Positions 1 to 13,500 of a DNA stretch of 64,000 bases are shown here, one piece after another. A program made the translations under genes and the position numbers. The stretch is taken from assembly GCA_040954595.2 (NCBI GenBank), contig CM082580.2, positions 10,986,809-11,050,808 of the forward strand. The letters run 5' to 3'. The stretch is from Balanoglossus misakiensis (taxonomy: Eukaryota; Animalia; Hemichordata). A model generated the notes under the pieces. That model was not told the origin of the DNA and did not search any database. It worked only from the letters and a program-made list of their open reading frames with translations. Position 1 is the stretch's first letter. Every line of letters begins with the position of its first letter.

Positions 1-1110
1 GCCCTGCAGTGAATGTACTGTTGGTATTTGTATTGTAATTGGAAGACTGTCTACGTATTTACCGCATTTCTTCCAATTGAATCGCTCTCGCTTCCCTCTA
101 AACGCCGTTATCCAACCGATTAAAGAGCCAACCTTTGTTCCAACCGTGGAGCCATTAAAATCAAATTACTTTCTATTCCATCGATCCCAGGCGATTAGCT
201 ACCCTGGCCGGGGTCAGAGTTCACGGGCCAATCCTGCGACGTGATCTAACCAGAATGGGTCCTGTTTGTCACTTATAGTACCTGTGTTTCAACTGAATTT
301 CCCATGCAACGCGCACTCATGATTTTGGAACGAATCTCTGACTCGCTGCTTCATTCCACAGCGTGCCATTGTTGGCGGGGACCCCCAATCAACAGAATGA
401 TGAAAACCTTCAATCACTTCAGCCCATGGACCGCGACCGGGCAATGGGTGAAGGGGATTTAGTTCCGTTATTCAATATTGTGTTTTGAAGCATCCCCACT
501 GTTTCTGTGTACCTACAAAAAATCAGATATCTTTAAAAAGAAAGTTAACACCCACAACGCAATTTCACGTTTGGCGAAAAAAATACAACAACACAAAAAA
601 GTAAAAAAAACTTGTCTGTGCGTTATTCTCTTTAAAAATAACATGTGCCGAAAATCAGGGTCGATATGCATTATTTTTCACCAAAGTAAAACACATCGTT
701 TAAGATTTAGCGATATTTGGAATTATAGTTGCCAGTGTGTCTACTTTATTATGCGTAGAAAACGCACAGAACGAAATGATGAATGCAATTATTGCATTAT
801 TTAACCCATACAAGATTTTCGGTCGACAGAGAATTGAAGTATAAACAAAGACATATTTCTACAGATCTCAAGACGTACATTATTCTAGTCCCGGAGAACA
901 TACCACAGTGCGCAGACAACGCCTTGAGGGGGCGCGAGGACGCTCAAGGCTGTCACGAGTAAAACGTTCTAAGTTTAGCAATAACCCTGCTTATTAGAGT
1001 CTTCAGCATGCTATGGCAACCGACAAAGGAAGAGAACGGGCTTGATGGAGTACTAGAGCGCAGTCACCGCCGAAAACGCATGAACAGCATGCGCAATTAC
1101 CCCGTTTTAC

Positions 1111-1180
1111 CTCTCGGCGCAGCTGATAGATAGAACACTGGAAAAGCCTTCGGGGACGTTGGTTCGAGTCCTTGCATGAG
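1111..1180 (+). mobile_element. Degenerate tRNA-derived SINE head or tRNA pseudogene
   Basis: A-box-like cggcgcagctgatagatag and a good B box GGTTCGAGTCC (1161-1171) at tRNA-like spacing. No intact cloverleaf. Confidence 0.4.
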
Positions 1181-4100
1181 TCATCATTTAGTTTTCAATG
1201 AAAACGGTCTGGAGTAATTCTTGGGTCTAAACTTCGCATTAACCCGTCTTCGTGAGCCTTGCTCCACACGCGCCCCTCCGAACCTGCCCAAACTAAGCGT
1301 ACATAGTCCCGGAGGACGAAATGGCGTCTGGGGACCTATGGATTGGACAGGCTCCGTCTCTTCGTGCGATCTGAGATCAGAACAGCTTTTACATTTTTTG
1401 TAAAGTTGCGATATTTCATGTACACATAGGCCTAGAAGTATGCACTTTCACTTCACGTGCATGAAATAACTGATTCCAAATCCGATTCTGTCAAAGATTT
1501 CATCACTGAGAATGATTTTTGCGTTGATGTTCGTCATTTCTTTCCTCGTCTATGATGCCACCTCTACCTGCGGCAAAAGAGATTTACATATAGCAAATTA
1601 TGAGCTATCTCCGGTCACGTATGTCGTATAAATTATCGCGCATATTTGCCACGCCCGCAATGATTAATACTGGTGGTATTGTAGAAGTCTGAAACTGAAC
1701 GAATACGTTCTTTGCACCCGAGTGCCGCAAGCCGCTTCATAGCAAGACCCGAGTTCCGGAGTGTAGGTGACATGCGCTTGCGGGCGTTTTTCCTTTTACG
1801 AGTCGTCCAATTAAACTGTTAGACTAAATCATATCGTCATATGTCGGTGTTTTCAAATTTGCAAAAAATAGACCCATATCTGTATTCGTGTCCTTCCTGG
1901 CGCGGCTGTAATCTGTAAGTGAATTATGATTGCATCTGCGTTCTTTTATTGGACCGCGCCACATATTCTCTATTAGTGTTATCTTTGGTAATTTATACGC
2001 ATATGTATACATTCTTCGTTGATAATGTCACTCATCGCTCCTGGACATAGAGCAGCCAACGAATTTACGCTGTCTTCCTGGGTTTAACTACAAACACAGT
2101 ATGGAGGGAAACCAAGCGTACAATTTAGTATCGAGGGTACCGTTATACTACGCGGCATTTAAATAACAAGGGAGACAGATGTGCGAAGATACTTGTCCCC
2201 TTGTCTCATGCAAGCATATTTAACCGAGTAAAAACTGCTGGCAATATAACCTCCGTACCAAAGTGTCCCCCAAACTCGGCAATCTTGTACCGCGGCAATG
2301 CAACATTAACCTCGGCGTGAAATGTTAGGGGAAACAGCAACACCAGTCAATATTTGCGTTATTAGAAAGACATTCAGAGACAGCACTAAACATCTGAATG
2401 TAACGCGAATCGAATTTACGATCAGACTGAGATGTCGTTGGCAATGTTTCAGCACACACCTGCGATTTGCCCGATCGATAGGGCAAAGGCCCCATGCATT
2501 GTGTTCCAATCGGTCAGAAGGAGAAACCTGTCCGCTTGAAAGATTACACGGCGCGTGCTTATCATTAAGAACAGATAATTTTCACTATCTTACGTAAACT
2601 CTTGCTATCCCAATCCACCCAATTTCTTTAAAATAGTGTACAAGATCCAGAGTCTGCACGATTGGGAATCTGCCACATACATGTATGTAGCCGACTTCAT
2701 TTTACCGGAATTAATACTTTAAAAGGCTCAGTTTTATAGCCCGTATGCTCTCTCGTTCTCTCCATTTGATGAGGTCCTCCTCCGCGTCGTATCAACCCCG
2801 GGAACAACTTAGACAAGCTGTGTCGAAGTGTGCTGTCAACCCGTTTGATTTGTACGTCTCCTCCGTGATCTCATCTCGAACCACTTTTAGTTCATGATTC
2901 CGTGATTCCAAGAACGAAGTGAAGCCACGTGTTGTGTTTGTTGCTATCTATTAATATCTCATTTCCTGTTATTTCAATTAATTTCTGTGTGTGTCTGTTA
3001 TGTGAAGTGTTAAAGTCTGTGTTATTTTCTTAGTAATAAGCAAGATTAAGCACTAACTCACTGCTCGATCGAGTCAACTGTTTCTTTCGCTGGAGGCGCG
3101 CGCGGTACAAATGCATCGTTGGTTTTCATCGTCCCCTGTGGTTATAGAGAATAACACAATCAGTGAAATGGGTTGAAGGGAAATAAAACACGGTGGAAGG
3201 TGGAGGGCTGCCAATAACATTACAATACTGGTTGACCATTTAATAGCAGACGTGATATGTATCATTCATCTCATATCAATGCGCGTTTGCAGGCGACTTG
3301 AGTTGCGCACAAATACACGTCACTTTACACTACGGGTCTATTTAACACATTTCACCAGGGTAATTGGTTAATTAGCGCCCGTGTAACGTGTGAAAAAACT
3401 GCGCAGCAATATATAGACTTCCTACAGAATCACTGGCTTGCATTTCGGTATCGACATCAAATTGCAGTATATAGTAATCTAAAACGTCGCTGTGCTTTCC
3501 AGACAGCCTTCGCATCAGTGCGTCCCATTCAGAGCGACTCCATCTCAGCGAGATTTAGTCATGAGTTTTCCGACACGGTGATTCACACCTGATGAAAATA
3601 AAACGAAAGGGAGGCGTAATTGCCTCGCAATAGCTGGCAATACATGCGGTTCTCATACCCATGGGATGCGCTTAACGCGCCGCCAGATAACTGTGTCAAC
3701 AATTATCAGTGTCTTCGTCAAATATTGACAGGTCGTGACTTGGTCATATCCGAGCTCTTGTCACCATGTTTATTGTTTCATCACAGTATATATTGTTTGG
3801 AGATATCCCTCAATTACACATAGGACGTTGGGTTAAAGAGACAATAGCGGTATATTCTGTATACATGGATAGCAGTCATGCATGCATGCATGCGTGCGTG
3901 TATCCACGCATTCGTAATATTCAATGTAGTATATACTTTTCAAGATAGTTCTTTTCAACGTGCATATAGATTACGCGACAAGTCCAACAATGGTCACCTG
4001 GCGACTTGCGTAGATCTGCACACATTGTAGACTGTCACAATGCAATGTGCCACTTTTTCCTTATCCGATATCGTTCACTTTCCCTTGGAGTCTAGTCTAG

Positions 4101-7100
4101 TCAGATTGCTTTCTTTGCCAGTAAAGTTTTATGTAACGTCACAATACACACCACAATGAGTCACGGGTTGCCAGTTTTATTTCCAGGACAGAAAAAACAA
4201 TCCCCGTGGATACTAGTTATCAAATTTATTTCCTGGTCACACGTGATCATGAGAAATGAGAATTTGCAATACGGCGACGTGACTGCTAAGTTCGCCATTA
4301 AAACACGTGTTACGGCTTATGTAAATGTTATGACGCAGTTACTTCTCTTCCCCGAGAGCCAATTTACACTCATCCTCTGTCAACAGCCTTGGACAGTAAG
4401 ATGCATCTCTGTGTAACTGGCGATCCCCGGAGATAGAGAATGGGTGCCATAGCCACAGTAAAGACCAGGCATTGAATACAGGGCGAATACAACCTTTTTG
4501 ACAACTTGTGTGAGATAATGCCAGTCTATAATGTCATGCAAACGACTGTGTTGGAGGAGCAAAAGCCCGGGGATATACAATCATGTTTCACTAGCTAGTC
4601 AAATTTCTTTTCAACATCTCAATGCAGAAATTTACGCAAGGCGTGATTTTCTTTTGCTTGTCTGGCTAATTGGCCCTTAATCCCCTACAAAGTGGCGTTT
4701 CAAACAAATGCCATCCTCTATATTGCCTAATCGTACAAACTAACACCATGTACGTAGGCTGTGCGGCTCAGGTTGTCTTTCATAGAAAAAAACCCTGCGA
4801 TTTCTTCGCGAAAAACAGTCTTAACGGCGTGTCCTTTTTCACCAATCGGTGCTCGCTTTTAGGTAGTGGATTAGAGAAACCAGAACATGTATTTTGACTA
4901 CAAAGGGTAAACACCCAAAGTTCAAGACTGTCAATCCCGAACCCGAGAGTTTTTTTCTTCACGGACATCTGTCGATCTTTCTGAGTTGTTAGACTAACAA
5001 GTTAATGGTGATTAGCCCGCCCAAACCAAAGAACACCAATTAATGAGATGTCCTTTTAACCGTTGAATTGTTCTGTTTCTTTAGTGTCCGCAACACTTCG
5101 AATATATTATACCGGGAGCTTATACCCTGGAGTGAACGTGTAAAAACTCGAGATTTCGGGTTGTCTTTTGTGTGGAGGCAAAGTTAGTTATCTGGTTTCT
5201 ATATATAGTCCTTGTACGGCGACTTGTGCTCGAAGATATAAAAGAGCCCAGCACATCTGCACAAAAACAGCAGACGGCATAAAAACAACCAGACTGTGAA
5301 AGTAGATGTGGAATCACGACTGTCGCATACGATTTGCGGATCATGGATTGTGTCGAGTTGTCATTTGACGCCAGTTCGCCACCGAGATCTGTGTGTGGGC
5401 CAACAAAAGGCACCCACCGCGAGCAAACACCGACTGCAGAGACGGGACAAAACGAGCCGTGCCGTCGGGCGTTTACTCTGCAGCTTATACTATAGTTAGT
5501 GGTTGTGATGCTCTGCCACTGCAGATCCCCCGCGAAAATCCGGTGGTGATTTACAGTCGAGGGTTGCTGCTGTATGCACATGAGGTCACTTTCACAGACG
5601 TGGCTATTTTAATTTCCAACACTGACAAAATTTAAGATTCCAGAATCCGTCGACCAGGTGGCACGAGCTACCGTCCGGAATGTTACAACAACGTGCTCAT
5701 AACACGTGTGTTTGTCGCACTGCATTGGATTTACCAACTCATACATGTAAACGACCATATCAGAAAAATGCTAACCGAGACTGGAGTTGTGATTTGTCAG
5801 TAATGAACAAACAAACAATTAAAATAGCAAACAGGTATGAAACAAGTCACAAAACAGTGTATTTAACGGAGGACACATGGTTGTGACCTGGCAGTTAAAT
5901 ATTTGCATTACCAGGCAGACATCACTCGTCTGACTTGGTTATAACACGATCTATGACTGCGCCGTGATGCTTTAACAACACGAAAGTGAAATGAAAACCC
6001 CGAGTTCGACAATTTCCTGGTGTTTAAAAACCCTAGCCAAGTGCCTTCGAACACTTTATTGGTACATGTAGTTCGTGCGAGTCATTCTTTTGACGTAACT
6101 TAGAGAACATGCGTGACGTCACGAAAAACCTTTGTGTGCCTATTAGCATGATTGGCGCAACGTTCCAGTGTAGTTTCGTCGGGGGCGACTCCACTAATGA
6201 AATGGCAGCCGCTTCTAACCCGGCATTTTCGGTTGCACCCCACCTGCCTCAAGCCACGTGCCATGCTGGACATGTCTATCCTAACCAGTCCTTGCAGACA
6301 AATCTGGCACTGATATCCAATTGTCGACCAACTATAATAGCTTGAAAATAGGCCCGTCAAGGAGACACCAGATACCTGGGCCAGCCTCTCCTGCAGCAGA
6401 GACGGATCCCCCGAAGCATCTCTCTGCTCTAGTCGTCTCTTTACGGCCCTTACAAGTCAGAAGACTTTGATTAGCATTTAATTCAGACCCCGAAGAGTAA
6501 ACCGCCGATGCTTAAATATTTATTTAGCCATAAATCCTTAGTCGCACAAAGGCAGTTGGCTATGAACACTTGAAAAGATCTTGTTCCTGTAAATAATATT
6601 GAAGAATGCGCTACTAGATTTGTACATAGACATTTGTACGACTAGTGAACCAAAAGTGCTTTCTGTTTTACGTCATAGCTAATTTGAATATCTACTTAGA
6701 CAAAATCTAATATGTCTAGCATAGCCTGCTGGGGAAATGATTCCCAGAGAATTTGTCAGATGTCCTTTTAGATCCCTAAGTATAACGTATTGCAGCGTGG
6801 CACGTCATGAAGTGTCCTAATGTTTACTGTACAGAAGAAAACATCTTAATACATGTAGTTTAGTACACACAGCGTCATTGTCGTGATTAATTACAAAGTT
6901 AATGTAACTGTCCGGTAACATCAACCTTGACAGGCGCTGCCAAACCCGGAAGGCAGTGACACAAACCCCTCCATCCGTAGCTGACTGAAGGACTCGCAGT
7001 GTGCAGACATGATTTCGCCTGCAACTTGATGAAAACATCTGTTCTGGTTCTCGATATAAATTCTCTTGTATAGTCTGAGATTAGTCGATTTTATGCCAAT

Positions 7101-10100
7101 CACATATTCCTCGACTGCCGCTGTCTGACACTAGGGCACGGCATATGGCATGCTTAACCGTCTATATTTGAACGCTTAATACGACTTTCAATATTGAAGC
7201 CGCTGCTTTGTCAATTTTATCCTGTTTTCGCGATAAAAGCATGTGACCAAAGTGGTCTAGATATAAGGGCCCCAGATGGCGGATACGTTCAACAGATTGT
7301 CGACTCGAGATGTATTCATTGACGTGTCCTTTCCTTGTCCCTTTCAGGAGAAGAGCAACTGTTCAGTTTTTGAATTCTATTTGTGTAATTGTTTTCCTGA
7401 CGTGAGAGCTCTTTTCCAATCGCCATCCTTCCTCTAATCTATGACGTGTTTTCGTCATATGATTTCGAACTTTCTGAACCATATTTATTGCGTGCAAACT
7501 TATCAATCTCTAATGTCTTCATTCACTAAACTACCTCAGCGGTTTAATAGCACTTACTATCGTTGTGGTGGCATGATGTCTGCAGTCCCGTTTAGCAGGT
7601 GTTAAAACGAAGGAAAAACTTAAGATTCTTTCCGCGACTTTTACAATGGCTTTCACAATTTTATAGCACCTGGAGCCATTAAAAATGTAGAACTACACAA
7701 CTAGCACTGGTTGCGTAATCGACCGTAAACTGAAGTTGAATTTTGCCCTGATTTTATTGTCTGCTGAATTTCGGCACAATGGGGTGTGGATTGTTGAAAT
7801 TAGCTGCAATGTTAAAGAGCCTATACTTCTTGATAAATACCCAGTTGATTTTATTTGGGGTTTGTCTGCCATCCAACTGCGGTAGTCAAAACAATATTTT
7901 ACCAACGCGTGGGCCTTGTGAAGTTGGGCCATTGCCTTTCGGAATCCGATCGCCCGTCCGATGACAATAGGCATTGATGAGACTTGGCTGAAAATAAAAC
8001 ATGTTTAAACACGTAGTGTTCTATTGCTAATTGCTCAATTGTTAAGATGGGCTATTGGCCGCGAGTGCTGACTGAGAGAGACAGAATTTGTCTGTAGACA
8101 TGCGGTATGTCTTAGCAGGGGGTGATCAGTTATACGCAAATTCCTGGATGCTTTCTTGTGTATTTGCACACGCTGTATAGATATTTGGATACTAGGAAAT
8201 CGAAAGAGTTATCGATATCTTTACTGCCGTGATCGAAACTGTGGGTTCGCAAACCATGTTTATGCGTCATCATCATCGACAAAAGTTTCCTCGTGAAAAT
8301 TGACTTAATATACGCAAGGATAATACCATGTACAATTTGACACTGACATATAATTCGATCCGACTTCAAGGTTTTCAACGGTGCCTGGAAATAAGATACT
8401 GGTGTAGAATTTTATTCCGGTCTTCAAATTAAACTCTGGTTCTGGACTTGTCACGGGTTGCAGGCACGTGACATCGCATTCCTCGTAAACCAGGATTCAC
8501 TTCGGGGTTCCAGTCTTCCATCAGGAAGCTACGTGTATTTCTCGCGGTTGGGTTAATTCTGGGGCTGAAGCATGGGCTCCGAATTGCATTGTGGGTAACC
8601 AAGACTTGTTGTCGTGACTTGCCTTTTCAATCACGAGGTTGTTGTCTTCGCTGAGAAAGCCGGCATGTACAGTTCCCAGTTATTTTTAGCAGAAAGGATT
8701 TGCCTCTTCAGGGTTCGATCGCCTGCTGCATGTGGTGTCAATTAGAGTTGATTGGATTCCATTAACTGGAATGTCCTATTGAAATTTCTTGAACAAGGAC
8801 GTCTTTTTAATTTTAATGATATCATCCAGTAAGGACGGTATAAAATGACATTTCAGGAGCAAGCATGTATGCCATGCAATTCCGGGACTGCCACTTAGCG
8901 AGTCCAAACGTCGTTTCACAGTCTCCATTCCGAACGTTATAACGTTTAGCGTCGATGTATTGAGCGAGACCCCCCTGTCTTGATACTGGTGTTTTAAAAG
9001 AACCGCATCTCTCTTCATGGTATTTTCTTTCGATGGCGGAACAATAGAGGAAAACATGAAGACGATGTGGGTTTTCATCTTTTCAATCGGTGCCACTTTC
9101 TTTTGCGATGACGGAATCTTTTATTTGTCACGAATGCTACAATTACATTTTTTCACCAGCACTGATCTTATTACTATTAGCATAATATTGTCACGATTCC
9201 GCACGACCGTGACGGTTATAGGGGAGATTGCTTGAGGGACAGCATGGATTCATATAATAGAAGGCAGGGTGCCGCGTGCTTTATGGCTATTATCATCTTC
9301 ATTAATTTGAGATATATACAATTTAAGGATGCAATTTTCTACCCAGCTGGTGATTTTGACCTCACGCATGCACAGTGTTTGCAAAACCTCAGATCTGCAG
9401 CGAAATCCCTTTAGGGGAAGGAAGAAACGCTTGGGTAATTTATCAAACAAGCTAGTCAAGTTTAAATTTGTACAGCCGATTGCAGTGGTAACAGTACAGT
9501 ACACATGGATAGAATCGTGGGATAACAGGGAAAAAAACAATGAATGAACATACGTACTTTGCAGTCTGGCAGTATCGGTGTCTTGTCTGTCTCGTTCTGA
9601 ATCAATAACTTACTGACAATGGGGCAATTTGGAACAGATGGAGTCAGTATTTGTTTGAAATATTCGTAATTTTTCACTTGAGAGGACCAATTCATTTCGT
9701 CCATCCAAATGCACAACGGATATTTGCGATCCTTATTCGTTAAAATAACAGACGCAAACATTTCTAAAACTTGCTTCGTTCTGAATAGTCCACATAGGCC
9801 TAGTCGATTCTGTTAAAATCTGTAACATGTTAATTATAAGTGCCTGTCATGATTGACACGTTATTGGTGTCAAGAGGTTCATCAAAGCAATTAGCATATC
9901 TGTCCATTATTCAATTATGACATCCAGGGAATTATGTGCGTGGTGCAGATGCATCCAAAATCTCCGAGTGTGTTTATGAAGGTTGCTTTAACAGCTGAAA
10001 GACAGGTAACAGAATATTAGCATTTGAGCAGTAGGATGTTTTCGAAAATCCGCAGCCCCATCACACATCCCACTCCCCCTTAACATCCACACTAAATCAG

Positions 10101-10489
10101 TCTCCTTAAACACCGTACCGTAAACAAAAGATGAAAGTGTGTGCCCGTAAATAGCATCACGGGAAAGCATGAAGGACATACCACTTTGTAGTGTGGGGAG
10201 GGTCGGGGTCAGAATGTGTCAAGGATGTCCATGTTTAGTACTGCAATTACATTGTCCATGTATTCACAAGCTGGTCGCTGTCGTGGCCCGGGCTTTACCA
10301 TCAGCGCCACTATTAAAAGGCAAAGCCTCATAAATTTCCCCATCGTTGGCGGACACCTGTTGGCACTCGGACTGGATTCACGAAGCAATTTGGTGCGTTT
10401 TGGAAAATGACCCGCGCAGCTCTACGGAAGCTTTGATTTGTTGATATTGTGCGACCGCAAACACAGTCTGACCGGAGAAGTGGACCTTT

Positions 10490-10501
10490 ATGACGGACCC
10501 G
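10490..10501 (+). CDS. Candidate micro first coding exon (MTDP) of CRF-receptor isoform A
   Basis: ATG ACG GAC CCG followed by a consensus donor GTGAGT (10502), phase 0, with an in-frame TGA upstream (10469). TATTAAAA lies at about 10311. Joined to 20228 it gives MTDPVFIPLVLVILAGSMA, a plausible signal peptide. No transcript evidence. Confidence 0.35.
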
Positions 10502-13500
10502 GTGAGTGTTAAGAAAACAAGAATGGCTTGCTTTAACACTTTTAGGCATTTTTTTGATTCCATTACCCCTTTTAATCGTGGTTTCCAAGTTGTGATATTC
10601 ATTGCCAATTAGCCCAGGTTTGAAACGCAGACGAAGTGTGCTTCTTGAAGCTACGAAAGGTACGCGTACAAGTGACCTTTGGTGACGCTACACACCTGTG
10701 AGAAAAAAAACCCACACCGCTTATTGAGTGAGCCGACAGTCTAGCTGCTGGGCATCACACGCACACCTTGAAAGTACAGCTGTCGTGACCTTCATTTCAT
10801 AAAGGCATGCATGGAGATCTTTACGACGCCGGGTGTCCGTCTATGACGTATGGGTGATACTACCAACTCGTGATTTGCGAAGACTTTCGTTGCGCTTAAA
10901 TCGCGTTCACTGGGACATGATTCCACCCCAGGCACTGATACAAATGTCTTAAACCCCATTTAACATATAGCGGTCATCTTTTGAGTCTTATAAAATAACA
11001 AGGAACTGCGGATCAGTCCAGATCTAATCGTAATACAAGACGCAAATTCTTAACGTTTGAATACGTCAAGGAAGGTGACAATGCCAAGAGTGTTAATTAG
11101 TCACCATCACGATAAATGTGTGCGCAATCAGCAGTGTTATTGTAAAAAAGAATTCAAGTCCGTACTAAAATTCAGTTGTCAATAATGGCAACTACTGTTA
11201 CATGTATATACAGGTTATGGTGACATACAGAATAATGGGTCAATCACCGTGTATTTTTGGTACCGTGTGGGTGGAGTGGAATGAGTTATTATAGTTATTG
11301 CATAGATCAAAAATACTGGAAAAGTCACATGACACAACCCTTTAAAGCATATAAGAATACTGCGTGATTGTAGAGGACTTCTATTTTGTATGTGAATTGG
11401 TAAATCTTGAAGTTCGGACTGTTCCAACAATGATCATCGGGCTATACATACATTGGTGTGTTGGCAAGCAGATTTTTTTTTTATTATTATTCAATTAATG
11501 TGCGCTCGGAATAGGATGTTACGAAACTGGTCGATACACCTGTAAAATTACTGCCCTTTTAAATAGAGAATTTTGTTTACAACTCCCATAAAAGCAAGTC
11601 TTTTAGAGTTCCAACCAGCAAAAGTTTCTCTTCCAAACGACCACTCCACTCTTCCAGGAGGGTGGAGGGACGCTTGGATGAATTCGCAGAAAGAAGCGGC
11701 GTTTGCCACGACATGTTTTCCAAAATTAGCGCAGTCGATCAGATGTGGTGTGACCTCGGTCACGCACCACCAGAGAGAAAGAACTGTGATGGTACCCGTC
11801 ATCGATAGATAATCAGAAGGGAAGAATCCATCTCCGGCTAAAGACCACCTTAGCGTTCAATGGAAGTCATAAAGAAATTTTGTTTTATTGCCGCAAAACC
11901 GATCATGATACTCCGTTTGCATAACAAGTTACCAGAGGGGGAACGGAGACTTGTAAATGTAGTTCCGTGTGTCCGTTCGTCGAACCAGTACTTCACAATC
12001 CTTCCACTATGACTAAATGCAAAGGCTGCGTTCCACCCTATTTGCAACCCCGTTTTTATCATGTTGGGGGTACCATTCAGATATATTTCGATATGCGACT
12101 GGCACAGTTCCTTATATTGGGCATCGTTGTGGAATTACTAGTAATACATGTTCCTGGCAGTCTGTTTTGCAGTTCGGTGTGACATGGTTACCGGTCAGCT
12201 ATGGCAGTTTTCCTCTTCAGGGCTTTTTAGATCGATCAGTCACTCGCCTTGTTGGACTTGTCGTGAAAGGGGCATTCGGATTCCGACCTATAATTATAAG
12301 TAGGGCGGAGACACGATTATCAACATTAAATCATTCTCACGTCATAAGGCGATAATCACTTGTGTAGCGAAGTGAGCATATCGAATTAATTGAATTATGC
12401 ATGTCACCGATGTCAATTGCTATTTCATCACAAGTCCAAAATGGCGTGATTTATGGACGATGGTCGAGGCACTCTGACATCGGATGTACAACCAAGCCAA
12501 CTTGATGTGTGGTTTGTCGATCTGCCAAATCGGGAGGAAAGAACATTGTAAGACAACCGTGTATGTGTAATACACTGCCCCTTCCCTTTCTCCTTGGCCT
12601 TACCTCAATTTACACAATGTGACCTCGCAGTGAACTCTGATTAATGTGCGAGTGTCCAATGACGTGCAGCCTTGGCCACTGGGATCGACCATACAATGCA
12701 TCAGACGTGTAAACAACCTTTAAATAGTAAGTTTACACGTGTTTTGTTGACCGTAAATACACTAATAGACGCCTACACAAAACTGGAAAGGGAACCACGA
12801 CATAATTTGTCACCAAAGTACTACACGACGTGCAAAATGTCTTATATAGGTGAAATTTTTAGGAAGGGGGTACAGAAATCGAACAAGTACTTTTGTTTAT
12901 TGACTCTCGCTTGACAATGTACGTGTAGACTTCGTCGAGAAGCTCGGCAGGACATCTTTTGAGACATGACGTACATGTAGCCCGAGTGCTAGTGTACATT
13001 TGTAAAGTGTTCTCGTTCGGGTATTGAATGTCCTTGTCCTTGAACGCCCACTTGGGAGATTTGGGGTAAGACGGTTTGTCACTACTCTGCGAACAACAAC
13101 GACACAGAACTTTCGAACAAGATCCGGTCCGTGACCATAACTCCGATTACAATATTGTAGTCGGGTAAAATTATGCAGTTCGAAATTGCCAATTTGAACA
13201 GATTGGTAAAGCACGTAGGCAAATGCAATGTAATACCTTTGCGCATGGTTGTACCTATAGAGCACTTGGTAAACAAGTTCCTAAAATTAGACCACTCATT
13301 CCACGGTCCAGCAATAACAAACGCTATTGTCTTTCTGACAACCGGTCACTTTTACGTTGTCCTTCCAGTTGATTTATGTTACCCACGGGGATCATGCGCC
13401 ATCAAATTATCCGTGTACATGTACATGTGGCTGCGAGGCAAGGCTGACTTCTTTCATATTTGTCTCCTGAGGGATCAGTTAGCCAATAGAAGTAATCTTT

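Noticed and set aside
921-950. 8-bp hairpin gccttgag...ctcaaggc
   Set aside because: Short enough to arise by chance in 47 kb, with no supporting context.
5120-5660. TATA-containing, GC-richer segment with overlapping ORFs as the first receptor exon
   Set aside because: I found no ATG-initiated frame ending at a good phase-0 donor, and the ORFs have no recognisable product.
12093-12182. Signal-peptide-like ORF MRLAQFLILGIVVELLVIHVPGSLFCSSV* as another first exon
   Set aside because: It has only a weak phase-0 donor (GTGTGA). This would not fit exon 38878 and would duplicate the signal segment of exon A.
11548-12300. Adjacent minus-strand ORFs suggesting a decayed gene or transposon
   Set aside because: I recognise no domain or catalytic motif and stops interrupt the frames. 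A BLASTX search would be needed.
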